Assembly: GCA_965221955.1 (NCBI GenBank)
Contig: CBDCTA010000004.1
Coordinates: 64,001 to 128,000 of the forward strand
DNA length: 64,000 nt
Direction of reading: 5' to 3'
DNA from: Gammaproteobacteria bacterium
GTDB lineage: Bacteria > Pseudomonadota > Gammaproteobacteria > UBA4575
Of the stretch, positions 50,563-60,009 are shown piece by piece. A model generated the notes under the pieces. That model worked only from the letters and a program-made list of their open reading frames with translations. It searched no databases and was not told the DNA's origin. Each line of letters starts with the position of its first letter. Within the stretch, counting starts at the first letter, position 1. The translations under genes and the position numbers were made by a program.

Positions 50563-51180
50563 TTATGCTTGACTCGCTACGCCACAATGCTCGAAAGATA
50601 CAAACTTTGGACCAGGAATATATGCGGATTCAATTGTATTAATCTTAAATCCACCCTCCTCAAGATAACGTGGAATGGGTCGATTAAGATGACATCCACC
50701 AGCAATTTTCCCCCATAACGGATCGATCCGCTCTTGCCATTTGCGAACATTTTCATCCGGCGCTTCACCATGTTCACAAAAAATAAGACTACCTCCCGGC
50801 TTGAGCACTCTACGCATTTGCTGTAAAGCTAGTTTCCAATCCGGAATAGTACAAAGCGTATATGTAAGAACCACAGTATCAACACTATTGTCTTCTAATG
50901 GTATCTCTTCACTTGGCAAGTCCAACCATCGAACTTCAAACGGTGCACGTTTAAGGTTAGTTTGTGCTTTCTTACGCATCCCTTCTGATGGTTCAAGTCC
51001 CCATACCAATTCTATATTTTCGGCATTGTAGTGAGGAATATTTAATCCTGATCCCATACCAATTTCTAATACTCGACCTTTTGCGAGAGGAACTACCTTT
51101 TCACGTTGATCCTGTATATCTTTTAGGCCACAAACAAAATTTATAAAATGCGGTAAACAATATCTTTCGTAAATACTCAT
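50563..51180 (-). CDS. Class I SAM-dependent methyltransferase
   Basis: VLEIGMGSG, DTVVLTYTLCTIPD, RVLKPGG, GGCHLNR. Confidence 0.92.
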   Translation of the reverse strand: MSIYERYCLPHFINFVCGLKDIQDQREKVVPLAKGRVLEIGMGSGLNIPHYNAENIELVWGLEPSEGMRKKAQTNLKRAPFEVRWLDLPSEEIPLEDNSVDTVVLTYTLCTIPDWKLALQQMRRVLKPGGSLIFCEHGEAPDENVRKWQERIDPLWGKIAGGCHLNRPIPRYLEEGGFKINTIESAYIPGPKFVSFEHCGVASQA

Positions 51181-51239
51181 GATTATGAACTCTCTTTGGT
51201 CAACTAATACCTGAGAACTTTATCGTAGGATGTATTCTA

Positions 51240-51255
51240 TAGCTACCGCCTCCAC
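51240..51255 (+). repeat. att-like copy of the tmRNA 3' end
   Basis: tagctaccgcctccac, identical to 58215-58230. Confidence 0.7.
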
Positions 51256-51624
51256 TACCCACTTATGTGCTAAAGCGTACATATACGTAGGAGCATATCT
51301 TAAAAATTTAGACTAGAAATTCGGTTCTGTAGCGAAGTGATTCACTCTACTCTTAACGAATAAGAGCATATTTAGTTGAGGAGACATCCTTAAAACAATA
51401 GGTGGAAATCTTATTAGATAAGAGCAGGACATGGCGCTGTCTTATTTTGATGCAACCTTCCATCAAATAAGGCCTCACGAATATCCGCTTACTACCAAAA
51501 TGGATGCTCATATTTTGATATAGATCAATATAATGCAACCCTTTAGCATGAAATTGTTGCAACTTTTTTATTCTAGGTCTAGTCTAAAAGCACATAAAAG
51601 GTAAAAGTAAATTTAAAGCATAAG

Positions 51625-52050
51625 ATGAGTATTCTTCATAAAATAAGAAGAAAAACTTTATTCAGCCGGGTTATATTACCCTCGCTGATATTATCGCTTT
51701 TATTATTGCCATTGGCCTCATGGAGTTCATTCGAACACACCATGCAATCCTCCTCACATTCTGGCAATGAAATGGAAATGAGCGCTGATGTCAATATGAA
51801 CAATTGTCATCAAATATCTAATAATATAGATCAGCAAAGTCGTACTAAAAATTGCTGCAAAGATATTGGGTCAGGTCATAGCTGCCAGGATTGTCAAAAT
51901 AGTTGTACTTCGACAGTATTCTTTATCTCTAACACTAAGAATTTAAACCAATTAATATCTAACCTTGGGTTCATACAGTCTTTCCAGTCTGCGATCTCAT
52001 CCAGAAAAATAAGCCCCCCTTTTCGACCGCCAATAACACTTCTTTCATAG
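51625..52050 (+). CDS. CopL/DUF2946-like Cys/His-rich leader protein
   Basis: Hydrophobic N-terminus, HSCQDCQNSC, C-terminal PPFRPP, first gene before cusCBA. Confidence 0.65.
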   Translation: MSILHKIRRKTLFSRVILPSLILSLLLLPLASWSSFEHTMQSSSHSGNEMEMSADVNMNNCHQISNNIDQQSRTKNCCKDIGSGHSCQDCQNSCTSTVFFISNTKNLNQLISNLGFIQSFQSAISSRKISPPFRPPITLLS

Positions 52051-52145
52051 AGTTATTCATACACCATAATTGAGCGCCCATACGAAGGTGCTCTATGTGT
52101 TTCGAACTCAGTCATTCGAGTTGAACTTTTGAAAGGAGCACTGTT

Positions 52146-53489
52146 ATGTGCAAACTGAAATACATTACCAACGATTGTGCAGTTCAATCGTATACATATA
52201 TTGATAACCGTACCAATAAAATAAAGTACAAATGTGTCAAATATATTGTGCCATCGCTATTGATCGTACTGATCGTTCAGTTCTTTTATTTATCACCAAC
52301 TTATGCATTAAATTTGCGTGAAGTTGAGCAGATCACAGAACAAACAGATTTTATCTCCAAAGCGCGCCAATTTCGAGGCGATGCGCTTGGTGAATCTGCC
52401 ATTGCAGATGCGCAGCTACCAGATCCACAATTGAATCTTGGCTTATTTAATCTACCTACAGATGACTTTGATATAAATAGTGAACCCAATACTCAATTAC
52501 GACTTGGTGTATCACAATCTTTCCCGCGTGGAAAAACACTTGCTTTTAAAGAAAAACAAACTAAATGGGCAAGTGATGCAGAATATAAACGTGCATCTGA
52601 TGAAGTTTTAAAATCTATTCGATCAGTACGCGAACATTACTTTAGCCTTTACTATCAAATTGGTGCCCAAGAAATAATAGAAGAAAGTCGCCAATATTTT
52701 GTGCAGCTAGTTGACATTGCAGAATCTTATTACAAAGTTGGACGCGTCAATCAACAAGACCTATTACGTGCACAACTCGAGCTATCACGATTAGATGATC
52801 GGGTTATCGACTTAAAAACTAATGAAGACCTAGCTAGAGCTGAGTTAAGTAAGTGGCTAGACAAAAAAGCGTTTGAGTCAATAGAAAAAGATTACCCAAC
52901 ACTCCCTAAACTTGACTCAGAACAAGTAATTATTGATTCACTAATCAATCATCAGTCTATTCAAGTAGAAGACGCCATGATTTCATTTTTTAATGAAGGC
53001 GTTGAAATCGCTCGCGAACAATACAAGCCTGGATGGAGTATTGGTGTTGAGTATAGAAAACGCTTCGGAGACAACATAGATGGAACAAACCGTGAAGACC
53101 AAGCAGCTGCGATGGTAAAACTGGACCTGCCTATATTCACTAATAAACGCCAAGATCGACGTTTAGTTGCTAGTCAACATCAAGTCTCAGCTGCGAAATA
53201 TGTACGAGACGATAAGTTGCAATCACTTAGACAAGCTGTTTTAAGAGACTATGCTAATTGGGAGCGGCTATCACAAAGAAGTGATCTTTATGAATCTAAA
53301 CTTGTGCCAGAAGCAAATGCGAATGCAAATGCCTCATTGACGGCATATCAAAGTGGAGTAACTGAGTTTACAACCCTAGCACGAGCTCGTATTACACAAC
53401 TTAATGTGCGTTTAGAAGCATTACGAGCAAAAACAGAACGCAGTCGAGCGCATGCGCGTCTTTTGTATCTTTCTGAAGGAGCACTGTGA
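52146..53489 (+). CDS. cusC: TolC-family outer-membrane efflux factor (true start may be later)
   Basis: QLPDPQL, QQDLLRAQLELS, YQSG; position before the MFP and RND genes. Confidence 0.8.
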   Translation: MCKLKYITNDCAVQSYTYIDNRTNKIKYKCVKYIVPSLLIVLIVQFFYLSPTYALNLREVEQITEQTDFISKARQFRGDALGESAIADAQLPDPQLNLGLFNLPTDDFDINSEPNTQLRLGVSQSFPRGKTLAFKEKQTKWASDAEYKRASDEVLKSIRSVREHYFSLYYQIGAQEIIEESRQYFVQLVDIAESYYKVGRVNQQDLLRAQLELSRLDDRVIDLKTNEDLARAELSKWLDKKAFESIEKDYPTLPKLDSEQVIIDSLINHQSIQVEDAMISFFNEGVEIAREQYKPGWSIGVEYRKRFGDNIDGTNREDQAAAMVKLDLPIFTNKRQDRRLVASQHQVSAAKYVRDDKLQSLRQAVLRDYANWERLSQRSDLYESKLVPEANANANASLTAYQSGVTEFTTLARARITQLNVRLEALRAKTERSRAHARLLYLSEGAL

Positions 53490-54937
53490 TGAATAAAGTA
53501 TTAAATTTTTCACTTTACTTTATATTGAGCTTATTTACTTTTGTTAACAGCAACACACTTCTAGCTGAAGAAGAGAAAGAAGTTTTGTATTGGGTCGCCC
53601 CTATGGATCCAAACTATAAAAGGGACAAACCAGGTAAATCTCCGATGGGAATGGACCTAATACCCGTTTACAAAGGTCAACAACAAGGAGCTGGTAGTGA
53701 AGTCGTCATTGCACCTGAAGTGGTACAGAATTTAGGAGTTCGTACTGCAACGGCTGATAGATCTAAGCTGTGGCAAAAAGTAAGTACTGTGGGTTTTGTG
53801 GATTATGACGAATCTAAGCTAAGTCATATTCATTTGCGTACACAAGGTTGGATAGAAAATTTGACTGTGCAGTCTGAAGGAGATCGTGTGCAAAAAGGTC
53901 AGCTTCTTTTCAAACTTTACTCGCCTGAACTTGTAAATGCACAGGAAGAATATCTACAGGCACTTACGCTTGGCAATAAAACATTAGTCAATGCATCCAA
54001 ACAACGCTTGTTTGCTTTAGGCGTTCCCTCTTCAGAAATTAAACGTCTCAATAAAGAGCGCATCGCCCGACAGAATATATCTTACTATGCGCCCCAAAAC
54101 GGTGTTGTATCTTCACTTAAAGTAAGAGAAGGCATGTTTGTGAAACCTGAAAACCAAGTAGCCACACTTGCAGACCTTTCTACAGTATGGGTGATGGCTG
54201 AAGTATTTGAAAGACAAAGTAGTTGGATTAAAGTTGGACAACCAGCTGAAGTACGCTTCTCTTACTTGCCAGGGAAAAAATTTGAAGGGCAAGTCGAATA
54301 TATTTATCCAGACCTGGATCAGATGACTAGGGCGCTTACCGTTCGAATAAAATTTGAAAATCCAGATGAAGCATTAAAACCAAATATGTTTGGCGATGTG
54401 TATATATTTGCTGGAGCAAAAGAAAACATCATTGTTGTACCACGTGAATCCGTAATTCGTACAGGCACTAGTGAACGCGTCATTCTTGCAAAAGGAGAAG
54501 GACGTTTTGAACCTCGTGAAGTGGTTACTGGAATCGAAAGTGGTGATTGGATTGAAATTCAAAGTGGCTTGAATGAAGGAGAAAAAGTCGTTATTTCAGG
54601 TCAGTTTCTTATTGATTCTGAAGCCAGTACTAAAGCCAGCTTTACTCGAATGACTACCCTTTCAAATACCAAAGAAATGGATGAGAGTGAATCGATGAGT
54701 AAGGAAATTGTGGCAACAGGAATTGTAGAAAAGATTTTCGAAGCAGAACAAAAATTACGGATTACACATGGACCTATAGAAGCACTGGGCTGGCCACAAA
54801 TGAAAATGGATTTTCAAGTCACTAAAGACTATTACGTGGATGAATTCAATTTACAACCGGGCGAACACATAACCTTCACTTTAATAAAAGTGGGAGACAG
54901 TTACGAAATCTCCTCCATCAAGAAGATGGATCATTAA
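53486..54937 (+). CDS. cusB: CusB-type periplasmic adaptor with C-terminal CusF-like domain
   Basis: YWVAPMDP...PGKSPMGMDL, YSPELV.AQEEYL, LKPNMF; C-terminal THGPIEALGWPQMKMDF. Confidence 0.9.
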   Translation: MMNKVLNFSLYFILSLFTFVNSNTLLAEEEKEVLYWVAPMDPNYKRDKPGKSPMGMDLIPVYKGQQQGAGSEVVIAPEVVQNLGVRTATADRSKLWQKVSTVGFVDYDESKLSHIHLRTQGWIENLTVQSEGDRVQKGQLLFKLYSPELVNAQEEYLQALTLGNKTLVNASKQRLFALGVPSSEIKRLNKERIARQNISYYAPQNGVVSSLKVREGMFVKPENQVATLADLSTVWVMAEVFERQSSWIKVGQPAEVRFSYLPGKKFEGQVEYIYPDLDQMTRALTVRIKFENPDEALKPNMFGDVYIFAGAKENIIVVPRESVIRTGTSERVILAKGEGRFEPREVVTGIESGDWIEIQSGLNEGEKVVISGQFLIDSEASTKASFTRMTTLSNTKEMDESESMSKEIVATGIVEKIFEAEQKLRITHGPIEALGWPQMKMDFQVTKDYYVDEFNLQPGEHITFTLIKVGDSYEISSIKKMDH

Positions 54938-54951
54938 AAGGAGAATCTCAA

Positions 54952-57900
54952 ATGATTGAAAAAATAATCGATTATTCAATTAAGAATCGTGCACTCGTTT
55001 TACTGATTATATTCTTTGTTATTGGCTGGGGGGTTTATGCAGTTAAAAGTACACCACTTGATGCAATTCCAGATTTATCAGATGTACAAGTCATCATTAA
55101 AACAAGTTATCCGGGGCAATCACCCCAAGTTGTTGAAGATCAAGTAACGTATCCATTAAGTGTTGCGATGTTATCCGTACCTAAAGCGGTTAATGTTCGT
55201 GGATATTCGTTTTTTGGTGACTCTTATATATACATCATTTTTGAAGATGGCACTGATCTTTATTGGGCACGCACACGTGTGCTCGAATATTTAAGTCAAG
55301 TAGCTAGTAACTTGCCTACTGCTGCAAAGACGCAGCTTGGCCCTGATGCTACAGGTGTTGGTTGGATTTATGAGTATGCATTAGTTGATCGCAGTGGAGG
55401 TCACGATCTTGCACAACTGCGTAGTCTTCAAGATTGGTATTTGAAGTATGAATTACAGACTGTGAATGGTGTATCTGAAGTCGCAACAGTTGGTGGAATG
55501 GTCAAACAGTACCAGGTAGTTGTGAACCCAAATAGTTTGCGCGCACATGGCATCCCTCTTTCAAAAGTACGCCAAGCTATTGCAAGGGCAAACCAGGAAA
55601 CGGGTGGCTCTGTAATTGAAATGGCAGAAGCTGAATACATGGTGCGCGCAACAGGCTATATCGATGATATACAGGATCTACACAAAATACCTTTGGCTGT
55701 TAATGAACGTGGGACACCAATATTACTTGAAGATGTAGCTGAAATACGAATGGGACCACAGTTAAGGCGAGGTATTGCAGAGCTTGACGGAGAAGGTGAA
55801 GTAGTTGGAGGTATAGTCGTTATGCGATTTGGGGAAAACGCATTACAAACTATCCAAAATGTAAAGATCAAGTTAGAAGAGCTAAAAAAGGGATTGCCTG
55901 ATAGTGTAGAAATTATTGAAACATATAACCGCGCTGCATTAATTGAGCGAGCTGTTGATACACTCAATGTTAGATTAATCGAAGAATTTATTATTGTAGC
56001 ACTTGTTTGTGCTTTATTTTTATTTCATTTTCGCTCCGCACTCGTCATTGTTTTATCCTTACCGGTTGGCATTCTCATTGCGTTTATTGTTATGCAGCAG
56101 ATGGGTATTAACGCCAACATCATGTCCTTAGGTGGCATTGCTATTGCGATTGGCGTCATGGTGGATGCTGCAGTGGTAATGATTGAAAACACTCATAAGC
56201 ATTTAGAAGTAGTGGGCGCCGAACAACGAAATCGTTGGGAAATTATCAGTGAAGCGACGAAAGAAGTAGGCCCACCAATTTTTTTCTCATTGATTATCAC
56301 GACTTTAAGCTTCTTACCTGTATTTACTTTAGAAGCACAGGAAGGCCGATTATTTAGTCCTCTTGCCTATACTAAAACTTTTGCTATGGCAGGAGCCGCG
56401 GCCTTGTCTATAACATTTGTACCCGTTTTAATGGGTTATTTTATTCGTGGACATATAACACCTGAACGTAAAAACCCGATTAATCGAATTCTCATTGCAG
56501 GGTATCGTCCACTTATCAGTTTTATCCTTAAAGCACCGAAATTGGTTTTGCTAATCGCATTGATTGTAATTATTGCAGGACTATGGCCCATGACACGTCT
56601 TGGTAGTGAATTTATGCCAGATCTAAATGAAGGCGACTTGTTGTATATGCCCACAACCTACCCTTCAATTTCGATTGGTAAAGCTCAAGAACTGTTACAA
56701 CAAACCGATAAATTAATTCGAACTGTACCTGAAGTCGAAACGGTATTTGGAAAAATAGGTCGAGCGGACACTGCAACCGATACTGCACCTCTCACAATGA
56801 TAGAAACCACGATAAAACTTAAACCAGAAAAAGAATGGCGTGAAGGTGTAAATATTGATGATTTAAAAAGTGAATTAAATAAACTCATTCAGTTTCCTGG
56901 ATTAACCAATGCATGGGTCATGCCAATAAAAACTCGAATCGATATGCTTTCAACGGGAATTAAGACACCGGTTGGAATTAAGATCGCAGGCGCTGACTTA
57001 TCTGTAATTCAAGATATAGGTGAAGATATTCAAGAGGTCGTGAAACAAGTACCTGGTACGGCAAGCGCTTATTCTGAACGAGTATCAAGTGGTCGATACA
57101 TTATTATTGATATCGATCGTAATGCTGCAGCACGCTATGCGCTCGATATAATGGAAATTCAAGCGGTCGTGCAAACCGCTATCGGTGGAATGCAAATATC
57201 AATGACAACGGAGGGACTTGAACGCTATCCGATTAACTTAAGATACCCACGGGACTGGCGTGATTCATTAGCGCGTCTTCGTGATCTTCCTGTCGTAACA
57301 CCTACAGGTGCACAAGTCGCATTACAAGAAGTTGCAGACATTCGTATCGAAGATGGTCCAGCTTTGATTAAAACAGAAAACGCAAGGCTAAACGGCTGGA
57401 TCTATGTTGATATAGAAAATCGGGACCTCGGCTCATATGTTCAAGATGCGCAAAAAGCGGTTGCAGAACATGTAAACTTACCCCCGGGTTATACCGTCTC
57501 TTGGTCAGGACAATACGAGTATCTTTTGCGTGCAAAACAACGCCTGACAATAGTCATTCCCATTACATTAGCCATTATTGTTCTGCTTTTATATTTGAAC
57601 TTTCGCCGCTTAACAGAAGTATTCATTATCATGGCGACACTTCCGATGGCGTTGGTGGGTGGGGTTTTGTTGATGTACTTATTAAATTATGACATGTCCG
57701 TTGCGGTTGGGGTTGGATTCATTGCACTTGCTGGTGTCAGCGTAGAAATTGGCATTGTAATGTTAGTGTACTTAAACCAAGCACTGAGAAAAGTAAAAGA
57801 ACAAGCAGAAACTGATCGTCGCGAATTAATTAGAGATGACATTCGAAATGCAGTGATCTCAGGAGCATTGTTGCGGGTTAGGCCAATTATGATGACCGTC

Positions 57901-58101
57901 GCAGCTACAATTGCGGGTCTGTTGCCTATTATGCTTGGAGGTGGCACTGGATCAGAAGTCATGCGACGCATCGCAACACCGATGGTTGGTGGATTGATTA
58001 GTGCAACTTTGCTCACACTTATCGTTATTCCTGCAGTATTTCTAGTTATAAATCAATTCAAGCTGCCAGAATCAATAGATACAGAAGCTACTATCCAGTA
58101 G
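54952..58101 (+). CDS. cusA: CusA heavy-metal efflux RND permease
   Basis: DAIPDLSDVQVII, GPDATGVGW, GSEFMP..EGDLLYMP, APLTMIET, WVMPIKTRIDM. Confidence 0.95.
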   Translation: MIEKIIDYSIKNRALVLLIIFFVIGWGVYAVKSTPLDAIPDLSDVQVIIKTSYPGQSPQVVEDQVTYPLSVAMLSVPKAVNVRGYSFFGDSYIYIIFEDGTDLYWARTRVLEYLSQVASNLPTAAKTQLGPDATGVGWIYEYALVDRSGGHDLAQLRSLQDWYLKYELQTVNGVSEVATVGGMVKQYQVVVNPNSLRAHGIPLSKVRQAIARANQETGGSVIEMAEAEYMVRATGYIDDIQDLHKIPLAVNERGTPILLEDVAEIRMGPQLRRGIAELDGEGEVVGGIVVMRFGENALQTIQNVKIKLEELKKGLPDSVEIIETYNRAALIERAVDTLNVRLIEEFIIVALVCALFLFHFRSALVIVLSLPVGILIAFIVMQQMGINANIMSLGGIAIAIGVMVDAAVVMIENTHKHLEVVGAEQRNRWEIISEATKEVGPPIFFSLIITTLSFLPVFTLEAQEGRLFSPLAYTKTFAMAGAAALSITFVPVLMGYFIRGHITPERKNPINRILIAGYRPLISFILKAPKLVLLIALIVIIAGLWPMTRLGSEFMPDLNEGDLLYMPTTYPSISIGKAQELLQQTDKLIRTVPEVETVFGKIGRADTATDTAPLTMIETTIKLKPEKEWREGVNIDDLKSELNKLIQFPGLTNAWVMPIKTRIDMLSTGIKTPVGIKIAGADLSVIQDIGEDIQEVVKQVPGTASAYSERVSSGRYIIIDIDRNAAARYALDIMEIQAVVQTAIGGMQISMTTEGLERYPINLRYPRDWRDSLARLRDLPVVTPTGAQVALQEVADIRIEDGPALIKTENARLNGWIYVDIENRDLGSYVQDAQKAVAEHVNLPPGYTVSWSGQYEYLLRAKQRLTIVIPITLAIIVLLLYLNFRRLTEVFIIMATLPMALVGGVLLMYLLNYDMSVAVGVGFIALAGVSVEIGIVMLVYLNQALRKVKEQAETDRRELIRDDIRNAVISGALLRVRPIMMTVAATIAGLLPIMLGGGTGSEVMRRIATPMVGGLISATLLTLIVIPAVFLVINQFKLPESIDTEATIQ

Positions 58102-58214
58102 CTTCTGTAGAAGTTTATCCACAGCCGAGAAAATTAAGGTATAAATTAGTGGCGCATTAACTTGAGTGTGACAATTTAGTTTATATAATTCAATAAGATA
58201 GACGAATTATAAAG

Positions 58215-58233
58215 TAGCTACCGCCTCCACCAA
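58215..58233 (+). repeat. att-like copy of the tmRNA 3' end
   Basis: ccgcctccaccaa (58221-58233) is identical to 45627-45639. Confidence 0.75.
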
Positions 58234-58408
58234 ATTGCATACGATGATATTACTCATTATCTCTGGAATTTTTTGCATAACCTATTTTCCAGACCTAACA
58301 AATTAGGGGAAATCTTTATTTTTAACGTATTAATCTCATAGGCAAAATCAGGAATCTTTTGGCCTGCGTAAATGCTCTAAAAGCGATGAACATACTTGTG
58401 TTGTGGAC

Positions 58409-58425
58409 ATTCCCGCGCCTCTACC
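58409..58425 (+). repeat. Degenerate copy of the tmRNA 3' end
   Basis: attcccg-cgcctctacc versus tmRNA attcccgccgcctccacc (one gap, one mismatch). Confidence 0.5.
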
Positions 58426-58558
58426 TTTTCTCTGAAGATTAGTGTGATAACATCGCCCGTTGGCGGAAATCTAAACAATTAGGCTCGCTCTCTGGTTTGA
58501 CGATTTTGAGCTTTTTATAAATTAATAGAACAATAAATGTGTAAATACATAGGGATAT

Positions 58559-59935
58559 TTGAAAATGACGAATGAATTAATCTCTCCACTTTCAGGACTT
58601 AGACGTCTTATCGAAACAAATCAGATAGAAGCATCTGATGTAGACTTTATTAACGACAAGTCTTATGTCTGGTCACCACATAACAAAATCATCAATGTCA
58701 CACCGGGTCCTGCATTTGGATCAGACTTGGTAACACAATTTACCTCTACGCAAACAAGAGGCATGCGTGGTCCAGGTGTTGCAAATTACTTTACACGTGT
58801 CCGCGAAGATTATGCGAGAGTGGTGGATATGCAAGAAGGTGGACGAGCATTGTTTTACACTGGCTCGGGCACATCGGCTACCGAAGCAGCTGCAAGCTCA
58901 TGTCGCACTCCAGATGAAGTGGGTTCCGACAAAGCGGTTATCGTTACTTTAGAAATCGGTTGCTTTAGTAACGCCATGGGTAATTGCGTAGAAAACATTG
59001 GTCGAGGGGTAATTCGTCTAGAGGCTGATCTTGGGGAAGACTTACCCTATGCAAAACTAAAAGAAGTTTTAGAACAAGACACAGATAAGAACATTAAGAT
59101 GGTCATGGCACCACATAACGAAACGGGTGCAGGTGTTACAACAGATCCTAAAAAGTTACGTAACTTATTAGATGAACTTAACCACCCCGCTCTACTTGTG
59201 ATCGATGGTATTTCTTCCATCGGTTGCATGCCATGTTCGATGAAAGACATGGGCATTGACATGCTGATTGGTTGTAGCCAAAAAGGAATGATGGGCACAC
59301 CAAGCATTGGCATGATTACCTTAAGCCCGAAAGCGGTACAACAAATTCAAAAATCTGAAAAAACCATGGCTGATGCTGGGCTTAAGAAAGGAAGTCATTA
59401 CCTTAACCTTGGCAAAATGATTGAAGCCATGGATGGACTTGGTTTACATATTGAAACACCAAGTAATTACTCTCAATTCGCTGTTGCATTAGATTCAATT
59501 GCTATCGAAGGCATCGATCGTGTTTGCGAACGACATAAAGAGTGTTCAGAAGTGTATCGAACAGCCGCGATTGAAGCCGGTTTTGAATTAGTAGCGAAAG
59601 ATTTGAATACTGCATCCAATGCGGTAACGGCCATTAAAGCACCTGACGGTCATGGCGAGAAAGACATCATGCAAGTGCTCATGATCATGTTTTATAAGCA
59701 CGCTGTTGAAGCAGCCGCAATTCCAGGTTACCCCGATATGGGTTGGCGTTTGTGTGCAACTGGTGGCATTCATCCGCAACATGCACTCATGGCTGCTATT
59801 GCATTCTTGAAGTCTGCTGAAGAAGCAGGTCTACCGATTGATGCAGATAAAGGCATCGCAGCAGCTGCGAATAAATATGCAGAAGTTGTTAAGTATCATC
59901 GCCCACTTCCAGGAATTGATGTATACGGAAGATAA
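58559..59935 (+). CDS. Class V PLP-dependent aminotransferase (serine/alanine-glyoxylate-like), divergent
   Basis: TPGP, GSGT, HNETGAGV, IDGISSIG, SQKG with the PLP lysine. Confidence 0.85.
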   Translation: MKMTNELISPLSGLRRLIETNQIEASDVDFINDKSYVWSPHNKIINVTPGPAFGSDLVTQFTSTQTRGMRGPGVANYFTRVREDYARVVDMQEGGRALFYTGSGTSATEAAASSCRTPDEVGSDKAVIVTLEIGCFSNAMGNCVENIGRGVIRLEADLGEDLPYAKLKEVLEQDTDKNIKMVMAPHNETGAGVTTDPKKLRNLLDELNHPALLVIDGISSIGCMPCSMKDMGIDMLIGCSQKGMMGTPSIGMITLSPKAVQQIQKSEKTMADAGLKKGSHYLNLGKMIEAMDGLGLHIETPSNYSQFAVALDSIAIEGIDRVCERHKECSEVYRTAAIEAGFELVAKDLNTASNAVTAIKAPDGHGEKDIMQVLMIMFYKHAVEAAAIPGYPDMGWRLCATGGIHPQHALMAAIAFLKSAEEAGLPIDADKGIAAAANKYAEVVKYHRPLPGIDVYGR

Positions 59936-59978
59936 GCTTTTAAATATACGTCCTAGCAAGGACACTAAAACATGCACT

Positions 59979-60009
59979 AAAGCCGAGGATGTATGTCCTC
60001 GGCTTTTTT
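59979..60009. terminator. Bidirectional intrinsic terminator
   Basis: aaaGCCGAGGA-tgtatg-TCCTCGGCtttttt between convergent genes. Confidence 0.85.

Larger units (their letters stand above)
45627..51255. mobile_element. Putative tmRNA-integrated island 1, no integrase visible
   Basis: Bounded by ccgcctccac at 45627-45636 (tmRNA 3' end) and 51246-51255; accessory cargo. Confidence 0.55.
51246..58233. mobile_element. Putative tmRNA-associated island 2 (copper/silver efflux), no integrase
   Basis: Flanked by the exact 16-bp direct repeat tagctaccgcctccac. Confidence 0.6.

Noticed and set aside
51353-51562. 69-aa minus-strand ORF and a possible sixth 28-bp repeat at 51481 (atatccgct...)
   Set aside because: The ORF has no recognisable motif or RBS, and only the left arm of the repeat matches.
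58430-58520. Possible riboswitch upstream of the aminotransferase
   Set aside because: Short stems are present, but I could not match any known aptamer consensus by eye; an Rfam scan would settle it.
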